Shown in pieces: positions 22,601 to 34,895 of a stretch of 64,000 nucleotides of DNA; position 1 is the stretch's first letter, and every line of letters starts with the position of its first letter. Where the stretch lies: the NCBI GenBank assembly GCA_950097015.1, contig CATNEN010000001.1:24676001-24740000 (forward strand), given 5' to 3'. Position numbers and translations under genes: made by a program. The notes below the pieces were generated by a model. That model was not told the DNA's origin. It did no database searches and saw only the letters and a list, made by a program, of their open reading frames with translations. The DNA is from Macrostomum hystrix. Taxonomy: Eukaryota; Animalia; Platyhelminthes.

Positions 22601-23301
22601 CATCGACTGGTTGGGGTAGAGCAGCACCGGCTCGCTTCCTAAGTTGCACACGCGCACCGGCAGCTCGCCTGCATCCGTCGACACCGCAAAAACACGGCAT
22701 GGCAGGAGGCCGGATCGGTCAATGAAATCTTGGGTCGGCTCAAAGACGCCTTTAGCGCCAACAGTGTCCACCTTGACGGTGACGACCTTCACAGAGCGGG
22801 CAGGAAGCAGCACCTGGTTGGTTACTCGCGCTATTAGCGTCGTTGGCACCAGGCGGCAGGCGGAGATAGAGCCGGGATCCATCGTGCTGTAGGGCATGCT
22901 AATGTTGTCGAAGGCCACCATCTGGTTGCGTTGGTCGATGCGGAACTCGTTGGCTGCGGCGGTGCCGATGAAATCCATGCCGATGATGTATTCCGGCCGG
23001 ATGCCTTTTACTACCAGAGCCGTGATGTCGCGGGCAAGGCAGTCTCCTAGCGTGACTTTCAGCTGCGTGCTTCCGACCAGGTCGAGTGGTGAGCCGTCAA
23101 CGGCAACGGGCCTGACATCGGGCGCTTTGAGCTCGCCACGCAGCCTTCTGAATGCCGCTTCGCTGATGAGGGAGCTCTGCGCACCTGTGTCGAGGAGCCA
23201 GTGGCACGGTATAGTGTTCGCACGGCCGGGGATAAAAACAGACAACTTGCTTACAGAGGAGGCTGGTGGGACCTGAGAGGTGCCACCAGCCCTTAGCAGT
23301 T
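19625..23301 (-). CDS. pol: Pol polyprotein (protease, RT, RNase H, integrase), expressed by -1 frameshift from gag
   Basis: PR LLDTGAQS; RT WASNL...DWRALN...YIDD; RH CDSSATAIGAV, RELLAL, TDHQP; IN HDSPCSGH...CIVC, LDIKG, SDQG, ERFNRT and GPY/F module WSGPYKIV. The ORF-track start at 23398 lies upstream of the slip site. Confidence 0.96.
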
Positions 23302-23305
23302 TCCC
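23260..23305 (-). promoter_or_regulatory. -1 frameshift signal: G GGA AAC plus stem-loop
   Basis: Heptamer at 23299-23305. About 7 nt downstream, GGCTGGTGG pairs perfectly with CCACCAGCC. pol is in the -1 frame (GKLLRAGG). Confidence 0.88.
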
Positions 23306-24099
23306 TGGTTCGGCTTGGACGGACAGACAGCGGCGATGTGGCCCCTTCCGGAGCACTTGCGACAGATCACGTTCGAGGTGCTGCCCGCTGAACGGCACTG
23401 GGCAGCCAGATGTCCGGGCTTGCCGCAGTTGTAACAGCGGCCTGCTGGTCGACCTGAACGCCCGCCCCGCCCGGGCTGCAGCTGCACGCGGCCGATGAGC
23501 TCATCCAGGCGCTGCTCCAGCCGTTCCAGACGGTCGTTCTGGGCCACCGCGACAGTCGCCTGCTGCACCCTTGGTAGTGGTGTAGACAGTTGCTCCAGCC
23601 GAGTCGCTCTGGACAGAAACACATCCAGGCTACATGTTTCGCAGTCCTCACTCTTCAGCAGTGTGTTGCGGATGTCCTCAGGCAGTAGCCGTAGCAGCCG
23701 GAAACGAACGTCGCGATCGCGCTGGTCTGCAGTGTCCTTGGGTCGCGCTCGTTGATGTAGGAGCCGCAGTGCGTAGCAAAGCTCTCTCAGTGTCTCCGTG
23801 GCGCCTCGCTGACGGCTCTCGAACGAATACATGGCTTCGAAAGAGTCTGATTCTCCCCCGTACTGTGTTGTCAGGGCTGTTTTGAGCGTCTGGTAACTCT
23901 TTGATTTGGCTTCTGGCAAATCCCAGACGTACATCTGAGCTTCTCCAGTCAGTAGCAACTTCAGTTTCCGAGCAGACTTGGCGTCGTCCCATTCAGCATC
24001 TTCGGCGAATTCTTCGAAGAGTCGCAGCCAAGTCCTTATGTCGGCCTTGTCAGTGCCAGAGAATTTTGGCGGTAAAAGTGCACTGTTTGCCGTGGCCAT
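23293..24099 (-). CDS. gag: Gag with two CCHC zinc knuckles
   Basis: PPKFSG...WLRLFE, RQRGATETLRELC; knuckles CYNCGKPGHLAAQC and CRKCSGRGHIAAVC. Confidence 0.95.
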   Translation of the reverse strand: MATANSALLPPKFSGTDKADIRTWLRLFEEFAEDAEWDDAKSARKLKLLLTGEAQMYVWDLPEAKSKSYQTLKTALTTQYGGESDSFEAMYSFESRQRGATETLRELCYALRLLHQRARPKDTADQRDRDVRFRLLRLLPEDIRNTLLKSEDCETCSLDVFLSRATRLEQLSTPLPRVQQATVAVAQNDRLERLEQRLDELIGRVQLQPGRGGRSGRPAGRCYNCGKPGHLAAQCRSAGSTSNVICRKCSGRGHIAAVCPSKPNQGNC

Positions 24100-24134
24100 G
24101 ACTGTGCAGATTTTAGAGTTCGCTTAGCAAGAGT

Positions 24135-24148
24135 CACCGCTGCCACCA
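24135..24148 (-). promoter_or_regulatory. Primer-binding site, tRNA-Leu type
   Basis: TGGTGGCAGCGGTG lies one base inside the 5' LTR and complements the ...CACCGCTGCCACCA 3' end typical of metazoan tRNA-Leu(AAG). Confidence 0.85.
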
Positions 24149-24149
24149 G

Positions 24150-24298
24150 TGTAAGATTTGCGAAAACGGTTGATTAGTATATTTGCGTGCAAGCGATATT
24201 TATGACAAAGCGAATTACGTAACCGCTTGGGGTTGTCTGAACCGACCAACCCAAGCGGCAGGAATAAAAGTGTACAATGTACACCCACAACCTTCACA
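24150..24298 (-). repeat. 5' LTR (149 bp)
   Basis: Identical to 19410-19558. Confidence 0.96.
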
Positions 24299-25543
24299 CA
24301 TGTAATTCGGGAGTGGGCTTGGGGTGGGCGTGTGCTTAAGATTCGTGCTAATTCTGTTATCTTGAGTATAGGAAGCGTAAAATGTGAGAATCATTTTAAA
24401 CGTATCGAGCACTTTAAGTGTTAAAACAATACTAAACGCAACAGTAAAAGCAGAAAACAGCAAAGCTTAACTAAAAATGTATGGGAGGCCTACCAGTGGT
24501 CGCATGAAGCAACAGTTCCCTTTGAACTCGAGTCTCGCACTAAATTGACCTTTTTTTACTATTCGACGTTATACCACGTCGTCCCTGTGATGTCCTGTCC
24601 AGTGAAAAGTGCAGTTTACAGGTTTAGTTGAAAGTATGAACCGGTGCTGCTCACTTAAAATGGCCTCATGACTTTACAGTGAGACTTCACAACTCATCGA
24701 AACAAGCTCCCACTTAAGACTCATGGTGATGCATCTCAAATGTTTGTTTGATCATCAACAAAGCTGCGTCTTCAGGGTCAGCCTGCATTAGTTAGAAATG
24801 GGTCGCAGACATCAAGGCTTAGACAAGAGGCGTGCAAGTGTACAATGGCTATAGTCAAGTCCATTTTCCATTTTTCATAGCTCGCTTATTGGCTATTGAA
24901 GTCGTATAGCAGATTACAGACTCAAGGCTGACACAGGATCAGGAAACAGGGATAGAGAGGAAGAGGCACTGATGTTGTCATGGAACGGATTAGTTAAAAA
25001 ATGAGACGTGTCACAGTTGTGCCTCGCATTCTTTGTGAGCACACACATTTGCGCTCGTACAGACTATGAGCTACGCGTGTAACTTGGCCTTGGGGGCTTT
25101 GGGAAAGATCAGTTAGATGGAAAGAGAGTTTTTGCGGCTTCCCTGAATACAGCGTGAATCGCATGAGGCTGACATGATAGATTGCTATTGCTGCTGCTGC
25201 TGCTGCTGTTGCTGAGTTGGGCGAAGCGTGATTATCGGGGATGGCCTGACAGGATCTGTTTCACGGGTAGGCAGGCAGGAGTGATAGCCTATCCGCGTGT
25301 GTTCTCATGCATGAGCAGAGAGTGTGCTCATGATCTGCGTTCAGCTTGCGCGCTACGGCGTTAGTTTTGACGCTTGAGGCGGTCTGATATCCATGGTCAT
25401 TTTGTTGTCCAAAGACTCGCGTGAGTAAAATTGTGTGTGTAGCATTGTGTTTGCTTGAACTGCCTTGATAGGAAGTCTTTACTTGGGTATAGTGACTGCG
25501 TAAAGTTCGTGCTGCTAGACAGCTCTAGGTTTATGGTAAAGTG

Positions 25544-26020
25544 GGCTTTGTGGTAGAGTTCAGGGCTTGTGGTGGGAGTTCAGGGCTTGTGGTAGAGTTC
25601 AGGGCTTGTGGTGGGAGTTCAGGGCTTTGTGGTAGAGTTCAGGGCTTGTGGTAGAGTTCAGGGCATGTGGTAGAGTTCAGGGCTTGTGGTAGAGTTCAGG
25701 GCTTGTGGTAGAGTTCAGGGCTTGTGGTGGGAGTTCAGGGCTTGTGGTAGAGTTCAGGGTTTGTGGTTGGGAGTTCAGGGTTTGTGGTTGGGAGTTCAGG
25801 GTTTGTGGTTGGGAGTTCAGGGTTTGTGGTTGGGAGTTCAGGGTTTGTGGTTGGGAGTTCAGGGTTTGTGGTTGGGAGTTCAGGGTTTGTGGTTGGGAGT
25901 TCAGGGTTTGTGATTGGGAGTTCAGGGTTTGTGGTTGGGAGTTCAGGGTTTGTGGTTGGGAGTTCAGGGTTTGTGGTTGGGAGTTCAGGGTTTGTGATTG
26001 GGAGTTCAGGGCTTGTGGTT
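25544..26020. repeat. 20/21-bp minisatellite (GTGGTTGGGAGTTCAGGGTTT and 20-bp variant)
   Basis: Direct inspection. Confidence 0.93.
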
Positions 26021-26623
26021 GTTGTTGTGGTAGGAAGTTCTGTGTTTTGCGAGTGAATGCTTTGACCTTCAGAATAGCAGGGAGTTTTTCTGCACAGATA
26101 TGTAAATTAGCATAATGTGTTCCCCAATTTTTCGACTCGCTCATTGGCCATGCGATCTCGAGAATAAAACTTCGATTTGATTCACTCCTTGCACTTTTGC
26201 GAAGAAGGGAAAATAAACGAGAAGAAATCGCTTTCTTAGATTTCTGCACGCGCTTCCAGAACAGATCGAGGCGAAATGCAAATTTACTTGACACAACTGG
26301 ATTACTGCAAAACCCTTCCCTCACGGCAACTAAGCCGCTGGTTCCACTCCGGAACACTAAAATCCCATGGGCCAGGCAAGTGGGAGCAGAATTCTTTCCT
26401 ATGGAGGAAAATCCCTTCGGAGTCGTTTTCTGCAATGCCGAGCGAACAGCCGGATCAACTGGGCTCGCGAAGTGAATTTCTGAAATATAATTTCGCTCCG
26501 CCACAGTCTGCCGTTAATTGGGCTGCTTGACCTTCTGGCCATTGCCCAGTCCCGTTTTGATTAGAAATATCCCGGCCTAGTAATGGCTCTTTGTTGCTCT
26601 GTTCACTTTCAACAGTATAATAG

Positions 26624-27598
26624 TGCAACTCTGTGTTTGTGGCACTGTTGTGCAACACTGTCTGATGTGTTTGTGGCTCAGTTGTGCAACTCTGTGTTTG
26701 TGGCTCAGTTGTGCAACTCTGTGTTTGTGGCTCAGTTGTGCAACTCTGTGTTTGTGGCTCAGTTGTGCAACTCTGTGTTTGTGGCTCAGTTGTGCAACTC
26801 AGTCTGATGTGTTTGTGGCACTGTTGTGCAACACAGTCTGATGTGTTTGTGGCTCAGTTGTGCAACACTGTCTGATGTGTTTGTGGCACTGTTGTGCAAC
26901 ACTGTCTGATGTGTTTGTGGCACTGTTGTGCAACACTGTCTGATGTGTTTGTGGCACTGTTGTGCAACACTGTCTGATGTGTTTGTGGCACTGTTGTGCA
27001 ACACTGTCTGATGTGTTTGTGGCACTGTTGTGCAACACAGTCTGATGTGTTTGTGGCACTGTTGTGCAACTCAGTCTGATGTGTTTGTGTCACTGTTGTG
27101 CAACACTGTCTGATGTGTTTGTGGCACTGTTGTGCAACACTGTCTGATGTGTTTGTGGCTCAGTTGTGCAACACTGTCTGATGTGTTTGTGGCACTGTTG
27201 TGCAACTCAGTCTGATGTGTTTGTGGCTCAGTTGTGCAACTCAGTCTGATGTGTTTGTGGCTCAGTTGTGCAACTCAGTTTGATGTGTTTGTGGCTCAGT
27301 TGTGCAACTCAGTTTGATGTGTTTGTGGCTCAGTTGTGCAACTCAGTTTGATGTGTTTGTGGCACTGTTGTGCAACTCAGTTTGATGTGTTTGTGGCTCA
27401 GTTGTGCAACTCAGTCTGATGTGTTTGTGGCACTGTTGTGCAACTCAGTTTGATGTGTTTGTGGCTCAGTTGTGCAACTCAGTTTGATGTGTTTGTGGCA
27501 CTGTTGTGCAACTCAGTTTGATGTGTTTGTGGCACTGTTGTGCAACTCAGTCTGATGTGTTTGTGGCACTGTTGTGGCAACTCAGTCTGATGTGTTTG
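26624..27598. repeat. 27-bp then 34-bp minisatellite (CACTGTCTGATGTGTTTGTGGCACTGTTGTGCAA)
   Basis: Direct inspection; the two unit lengths differ by a 7-bp indel. Confidence 0.93.
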
Positions 27599-27861
27599 TT
27601 TTGCAAGTTCATGCTATCTGTGAGTACATTGACACAAGTCGAATGTGTCTTCAACATTTCAGGTGTGAATGGGCTCGCTCTGATAGTTTAGCGCGCAACC
27701 TTGGGGACGTCCAGCCATCATGGTGAGTCTGTTATTATTGGAATTGATGATCACAATTGGAGTCGCTTTAACTGACTTAAATACAGGATTGACACACCGT
27801 TGTCGTGCCACCGTTTATGTGTACTATACCTGGGCTTAGCGCGCCGACACTCTCACACTTG

Positions 27862-27959
27862 CAGGTGTGCACATCTGTCCCCCCTTTCTCAGGCTGTGTA
27901 CACTCACACAGCGCCTTGGAGGGGTTTGCCCTCAAGATCGTAAATTGCACGACAAGCCT
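27862..27959 (-). repeat. Internal fragment of the SINE family seen at 44435-44818
   Basis: Shares CAGGTGTG.ACATCTG...GTGTACACTC...GCCTTGGAGG...GCCCTCAAG..CGTAAATTGCACGACAAGCC with ~44599-44700. Confidence 0.75.
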
Positions 27960-28235
27960 TTTTAAAAAATTCTCGACTGTTAAAAAATAAGTCGGAACAA
28001 AACAAAGCATGGCATGCCGTGAGTGTGTTGACTATCTGAGCAAGTGGAACTGGCTGACTCACCCTTGATTGCACTCTACACTGAGGCGAGCTGTGACCCA
28101 GGCTGAATAGTAAGTGCAATCCGCTCTGGTGGGTTGAGTGAATTCACTTGAAAACTCCAGTTCCCCTACTCCAAGCCTGCCCCATCCTCAGGGTCGCGAC
28201 CTAGCTGCATTAGCCCTGGCTTCTCGGCCAAGAGA

Positions 28236-28237
<2 letters not shown>

Positions 28238-28266
<29 letters not shown>
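28238..28266. repeat. (GT)n microsatellite
   Basis: Direct inspection. Confidence 0.95.
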
Positions 28267-28268
<2 letters not shown>

Positions 28269-28725
28269 AAGAGCTATCAACTGGCTTGTAGCGCACACTA
28301 TTTGTCCCTGATCCCACTCACTCTGGTGTACAGTCTTGTAGACGCTCTCTGAGCCCTACTATGCCCGGGCACTTCTGGTCGCCACCAAAGTGCTCCAATT
28401 CTCTTTCTCCCCATTCTCTCTCACACTCTCTCTAGCGCTTAACAACTTTCCTTGGATCCATATTAATCGCTAGCAGTGGGGTGGTCGAGACAGATTAAGT
28501 GCTGGATTAGACTGTTTGTAGGCCGCTTCTGTATTTGGCAGATGCCACCGAAGACAGTCCTACGTTGGCCGCAGTTTAGCCATTTTCAGTTGAATACGGT
28601 TATTATTAAGACGCCGAAGAGTCAAAGACCCATAGCGCTCACATGCTCGCGAAAAAGCTCATAGGGGCAGGAAGTAGCCTCAAGCGGAGTGAGATGGATG
28701 GTCTGAAGGTCACTAGTGAAGGTCT

Positions 28726-29550
28726 TTAGCAGAGTTTCAGTGCGCGCATGTCCGCTTCACCGCTTCCGTAGCTGCGTAGAACGTGGCCGAGAAGCCGCTG
28801 GCTTCGCGCCCTGAGAACGGAGCTCACCGGCGGGACACAGGAGCGAGCAGCTAGCGCACGGTTTGACAGCCTATCGGGGTAGCGCACGTCAAGAGCGAAG
28901 CGCAGCAAAGCCCTGAAGGTGGCGTCGAGAGCCCGGTTGCGAGATTCCGTGACTGGTAGAGCTTCCAAGCCATAAAGGAATATCGGCTCTAAGGAAGATC
29001 TAAGGAATAAAGGAAGATGGGGCTCAGCTGTCGGGTAGCTCTCCAGGCTTGCGCACGACGATCAGCGACGATGTCCTCCGGAGAGACCATGTGCTGGTCG
29101 ATGTCTTCGGCAAAAGCGAGGGCAGCCAGCGTGGTCTCAGGGTGACGCGAGCTGCGGCGCCGGGCAACAACGTAGGCTTCGGCGCAGGACGCAATCGATA
29201 ATATTGTTGAAGATGAAAGGGGCCAGGGTGTCCCCTTGGAGAACGCCGGAGCTGGTAGTGAAGGTCTCGGTGACGTCCGAATTGAGCAGTTTTAGAAGGA
29301 TACACTCCAGAGCGATGCCCCTCTGGCTGTCCAAGCTGGTGGACAGGCCCTTCTTCTGAATTGAGACAATCTTGGAGGTGCGCCAGACGGAGGGAGCCTC
29401 GGCGCCGGCATCGCCTCCAAGAACGGAATATTTGTTGAGGAGTGTGGTGATGATCGAATTGAGCGCTGGGAGCCTGAGGCCCCCGGGAGGGACCCCATCG
29501 ACACCGGGCGCACATCAGGCTTCATGCTTTTGAGAGTGTTGCGCACCTCG
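28726..29550 (-). mobile_element. Decayed non-LTR retrotransposon (RTE-like) RT and C-terminal fragments
   Basis: Frameshifted pieces: TETFTTSSGVLQGDTLAPFIFNNIIDCVLRR, LAFAEDI (a degenerate YADD), and LDATFRALLRFAL...LSNRALAARSCVPPVSSVLRARSQRLLGHVLR. Confidence 0.85.
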
Positions 29551-31384
29551 TAGGGCGTGTTCTTATTAATATAAATAATTATAAGTTAAAAGCGGTGCAA
29601 ATTATTCTATAAGTACAGACGGGCAGACAGGTAAATCCTGATTCCAAGGTGCGGCGATATTCACACTCGAATGAAGCGTTGATTGGCAGTCAAAAAAAGC
29701 ATTAACTTTTCCGGGATTTCGATTCTCGATTTAAATAATAATTCTTACTTCTGTTTCGCCCCAGCTGCTGTCTGCACAGCCAGGACCAATCAATTTTGCT
29801 TGCGCCTGTTTCTTCTGTTTTACACGAAGCCCCGAGTGGACCGAGCCTTCAACCACAGTACGATTAGCAGCAGTTCGCCTGTACTATTGGGCCATTTTCG
29901 TCCTTCTTCAAGCTTAGCTAGCTGAAACCTAGGGTCCATTGGTTACAAGAATGACGTATAATTTTCTGGAAAATGTTACGCGCATAAAGCCACTATTTTT
30001 GTCGATAATTGACTTAGCAGAACAGATTGTTTACAGGGTTTGGGCTTAGGAAAAGTGATTTCCTAAGGATGCAGATTCGAACTTCGGACATCTTGGTCGG
30101 GTGCAGGGACAACACGGATGTTTAAAGCTCATTAGAAGCTAGGCTTTGTTCTTTGGCATTCATAATGCTGAAAGTATTCGCGTCGTTTATTCTATGGCCA
30201 AACCCAACTCACCTAGTGCTATCTTATGCAGTCCAGAAAACTGAGAAACCGAGAAACTCCGCTGCATTTAGTAAATAAAAATAAATAAAGTAGGATCGGG
30301 CCTGGTTGAATTCTTGCTCACATAGCGAGCTTTTGAAACTGTTCCGAGCTGCATCCGCTGCTGCTGGCCGCAATCAATCAAGCCGCTCTGTGTCCGCCTC
30401 CTCTGAGCACTCAGACTTTAACTTGTTCTCGATCTCGCGGCCAGTGCGGGGATAAACTGGACACCATGCCAGGGATCAGTTCCTCCCCTTCGCCTCGTCC
30501 GCTGCTCCGCCTAGCCTTCCCATCTCCACTTTGAAGGGGAGACGACTGTGGGACCACCACTTTACAATCCCCTTGCGCTTCACAACTAGATCTAAATATA
30601 TCGAAATTATCCCCTTCGCAATTCTCCCCTCTCGGAATTCTCCCCCCTCTCGGATTCTTTCCTCTCGGAATTCTTCCCTCTCGGAATTCTCCTCTCTCAG
30701 AATTCTCCCCTCGGAATTTTTTCCATTCTTTGATTTCTCCCTTTTCATGAATTGTCCCCATTCAAAAGCTTATCCAGAGAAACTAGTTATCTGAATCCTC
30801 ACTCTAAAATTTCTCCCCATTCCACATTTTCTTCCCGTTCTACACGTTTCCCATATTCTGCAATTGATCCCTATTTTACATTTTCTCACTATTCTCTCCA
30901 TTATATCGTAGCTCTTTTTGTTAACCCCTTCTAAATTGTCTCCTAATTCTGTAAACTCTGCCGTGCCTTCCCTTCCGCACTCGCAAAGTGCGCAGACGAA
31001 AGGTTAAAAAAATAAGGCCAGGAAAATCGACCACCAGCGAGAAGGCGGGCGGCAACAAGGCGAACTCAGTGATTTGAGCTCATCATTAGTATGCAATCGA
31101 TAAGATCTGGGCCGTCTGCCAACCCGCTAAGCTAAATTTAGCCGAACCATCATAAATTTGTGGGATCCAAGCAGGAATGAGGCCTGCAAAATATGGGATT
31201 TTCTTTGCAAGTCTTTGATAATCTCTAGTATCCTCCAATCTATCCAATACCCATTGCTAATCTTCTAGATTTTGCAGCAATGAAATCTTTCTTCTGACTT
31301 GCTTTTGAATAAATCAGGCGAGATTGGAGAGTTGACTGTGTCAGAAACACACATCTGCAAATCAAATTTTATTATCTGGCTTCT

Positions 31385-32130
31385 TCCCTCCCACGCCTTC
31401 CTCTCTCCCTCGCCCTTCTCTCTACCTGGCCCTCCTCTCTCCCTCGCCCTCCTCTCTCCCTCGCCCTCCTCTCTCTCCCTCGCCCTCCTCTCTCCATCGC
31501 CTTCTTCTCTGCCTCCCTCTCTTCTCTCTCTCGCCCTCCTCTCTCTCCCTCGCCCTCCTCTCTCCCTCGCCCTCCTCTCTCTCCCTCGCCCTCCTCTCTC
31601 CATCGCCCTCCTCTCTCCCTCGCCCTCCTCTCTCTCCCTCGCCCTCCTCTCTCCATCGCCCTCCTCTCTCCATCGCCTTCTTCTCTCCCTCCAGTTCTCT
31701 CTCTCGCCCTCCTCTCTCTCCCTCGCCCTCCTCACTCCCTCGCCCTCCTCTCTCTCCCTCGCCCTCCTCTCTCCCTCGCCCTCCTCACTCCCTCGCCCTC
31801 CTCTCTCTCCCTCGCCCTCCTCTCTCCCTCGCCCTCCTCTCTCTCCTTCGCCCTTCTCTCTCCATCGCCCTCCTCTGTCCATCGCCTTCTTCTCTCCCTC
31901 CCTCTCTTCTCTCTCTCGCCCTCCTCTCTCTCCCTCGCCCTCCTCTCTCCCTCGCCCTCCTCTCTCTCCTTCGCCCTTCTCTCCCTCCCTCTCTTCTCTC
32001 TCTCGCCCTCCTCTCTCTCTCGCCCTCCTCTCTCCCTCGCCCTCCTCTCTCCATCGCCCTCCTCTCTCCATCGCCCTCCTATCTCCCTCCCCATTCTCTC
32101 TCCCTCGCCCTATACCTCTATTCCTCCTTC
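31385..32130. repeat. Polypyrimidine minisatellite (CTCGCCCTCCTCTCTC variants)
   Basis: Direct inspection. Confidence 0.92.
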
Positions 32131-32644
32131 GCCCCAACCTGTCATTCATTCTTTTTTCTCTACTTCTCGCTTTTCATTCACATCTAAAAGAATTTGAACG
32201 AGTTTCCAAAATGTCACCGGAACATTTGATCAGTTCACACTCGAACGGCCTCACGCAAGTTCCGTTAGAAATTTGTACTTTTGCGTTCAATTCAAGTGCC
32301 GCCCAATTGAGACGCGGCGTCGCTTAACTTTTTTGCCGCCGTCGGTCATCGGAGAATTTTCTATTTCTTGGAAAAGATGGCCGGAAGAAGATTATCGTTG
32401 GGAATGGCACGAGTTCGTTATTGGAAATTTAGATTAGGAAGCACTGATATCTGCTGGGTGGGTGTGACAGTAGCTGGCGACCCAAAAATGGATTATTATG
32501 CAGTAGTGACTGGTGCTTCGAGACAAGCTTAGACGATAGAGACTGTAAGAAGGGTAGAAATTGCTAGATACCTTACGAACTCTAATACATTTCTTAGGCA
32601 TAATTAAATACTAAAACTTCATTGCAATGAGATTGGAAATGAGA

Positions 32645-33000
32645 TGAGATCAGCGGAATTTGATGTGAGATCAGTGGGATTTGATGTGAGATCAGTGGGA
32701 TTTAATGTGAGATCAGTGGGATTTTAGTGTGAGATCAGTAGGATTTGATGTGAGATCAGTGGGATTTTAGTGTGAGATCAGTGGGATTTAATGTGAGATC
32801 AGTGGGATTTGATGTCAGATCAGTGGGATTTGATGTCAGATCAGTGGGATTTGATGTCAGATCAGTGGGATTTGATGTCAGATCAGTGGGATTTGATGTC
32901 AGATCAGTGGGATTTGATGTCAGATCAGTGGGATTTAATGTGAGATCAGTGGGATTTAATGTGAGATTTGATATAATATCGGTGGGATTTGATGTGAGGT
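32645..33000. repeat. 21-bp minisatellite (GATGTCAGATCAGTGGGATTT)
   Basis: Direct inspection. Confidence 0.92.
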
Positions 33001-33474
33001 CGATGCGAAATGGAGACATAAGCGAGATTAGATTTAGCGTGAGACAGTTGAGATTTAATGTAAGATCGAAGATATTTTTTCATTATTCTGAAATGTGTTC
33101 CATTTTCTGATAACCGCTTTGAGATATGTTACACCAATTGCCACCTATTTTGACAGCTAACGTGACAGTAGCTGCAGTGCTGTCTAGCAGTCTCCGGGTC
33201 AGTCCTGTGAGCCCAGCAACCATTCATTGCCAGCTTTCAGTCGCTAGTGAAATCAATGAATTTTCCCTTGCGCGAGAAACGCGAGCTTGCCATTTAGGTG
33301 GCCGGGCCTGTTTGCGTAGGGATGGGCTCCCGGGACAGCTGGGATCTGTTCCCCATAGACTGGGATGAGGCCGCTTCGTTGCCATCCTGCCCGCGGAGAG
33401 AGCACACTTACTGGCATGTGTGAGCACAGCCCGAACTAATATTTACTCAGTCTTCGATTTGGCGATTTAGCCAG

Positions 33475-34895
33475 CACTCACTCACTCACTCACTCACTCA
33501 CTCACTCACTCACTCACTCACTCACTCACTCACTCACTCACTCACTCACTCACTCGCTCACTCACTCACTCACTCACTCACTCACTCACTCACTCACTCA
33601 CTCACTCACTCACTCACTCACTCACTCACTCACTCACTCACTCACTCACTCACTCACTCACTCACTCACTCACTCACTCACTCACTCACGCACTCACTCA
33701 CTCACTCACTCACTCACTCACTCACTCACTCACTCACTCACTCACTCACTCACTCACGCACTCACTCACGCACTCACTCACTCACGCATTCACTCACGCA
33801 ATCACGCACTCACTCACTCACTCACTCACTCACTCACTCACTCACTCACTCACTCACTCACTCACTCACTCACTCACTCACTCACTCACTCACTCACTCA
33901 CTCACTCACTCACTCACTCGCTCACTCACTCACTCACTCACTCACTCACTCACTCACTCACTCACTCACTCACTCACTCACTCACTCACTCACTCACTCA
34001 CTCACTCACTCACTCACTCACTCACTCACTCACTCACTCACTCACTCACTCACTCACGCACTCACTCACTCACTCACTCACTCACTCACTCACTCACTCA
34101 CTCACTCACTCACTCACTCACTCACGCACTCACTCACGCACTCACTCACTCACGCATTCACTCACGCAATCACGCACTCACTCACTCACTCACTCACTCA
34201 CTCACTCACTCACTCACTCACTCACTCACTCACTCACTCACTCACTCACTCACTCACTCACTCACTCACTCACTCACTCACTCACGCACTCACTCACTCA
34301 CTCACTCACTCACTCACTCACTCACTCACTCACTCACTCACTCACTCACTCACTCACTCACTCACGCACTCACTCACGCACTCACTCACTCACGCATTCA
34401 CTCACGCAATCACGCACTCACTCACTCACTCACTCACTCACTCACTCACTCACTCACTCACTCACTCACTCACTCACTCACTCACTCACTCACTCACTCA
34501 CTCACTCACTCACTCACTCACTCACTCACTCACTCACTCACTCACTCACTCACTCACTCACTCACTCACTCACTCACTCACTCACTCACTCACTCACTCA
34601 CTCACTCACTCACTCACTCACTCACTCACTCACTCACTCACTCACTCACTCACTCACTCACTCACTCACTCACTCACGCACTCACTCACTCACTCACTCA
34701 CTCACTCACTCACTCACTCACTCACTCACTCACTCACTCACTCACGCACTCACTCACGCACTCACTCACTCACGCATTCACTCACGCAATCACGCACTCA
34801 CTCACTCACTCACTCACTCACTCACTCACTCACTCACTCACTCACTCACTCACTCACTCACTCACTCACTCACTCACTCACTCACTCACTCACTC
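33475..34895. repeat. (CACT)n microsatellite, 1.4 kb, with recurring variant blocks
   Basis: Direct inspection; the marker CACGCATTCACTCACGCAATCACGC occurs four times. Confidence 0.97.

Larger units (their letters stand above)
19410..24298 (-). mobile_element. Full-length, apparently intact Ty3/Gypsy LTR retrotransposon (4889 bp)
   Basis: Identical 149-bp LTRs (TG...CA), TSD CATG (19406-19409, 24299-24302), PBS, PPT and uninterrupted gag and pol in PR-RT-RH-IN order. Confidence 0.97.

Noticed and set aside
19907-23885. Many + strand ORFs overlapping gag/pol
   Set aside because: They are antisense shadows of GC-rich coding sequence with no recognisable domains.
25544-26020. Telomere-like repeat (TTCAGGG)
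   Set aside because: It is only a sub-motif of a 20/21-bp unit, with no (TTAGGG)n tract.
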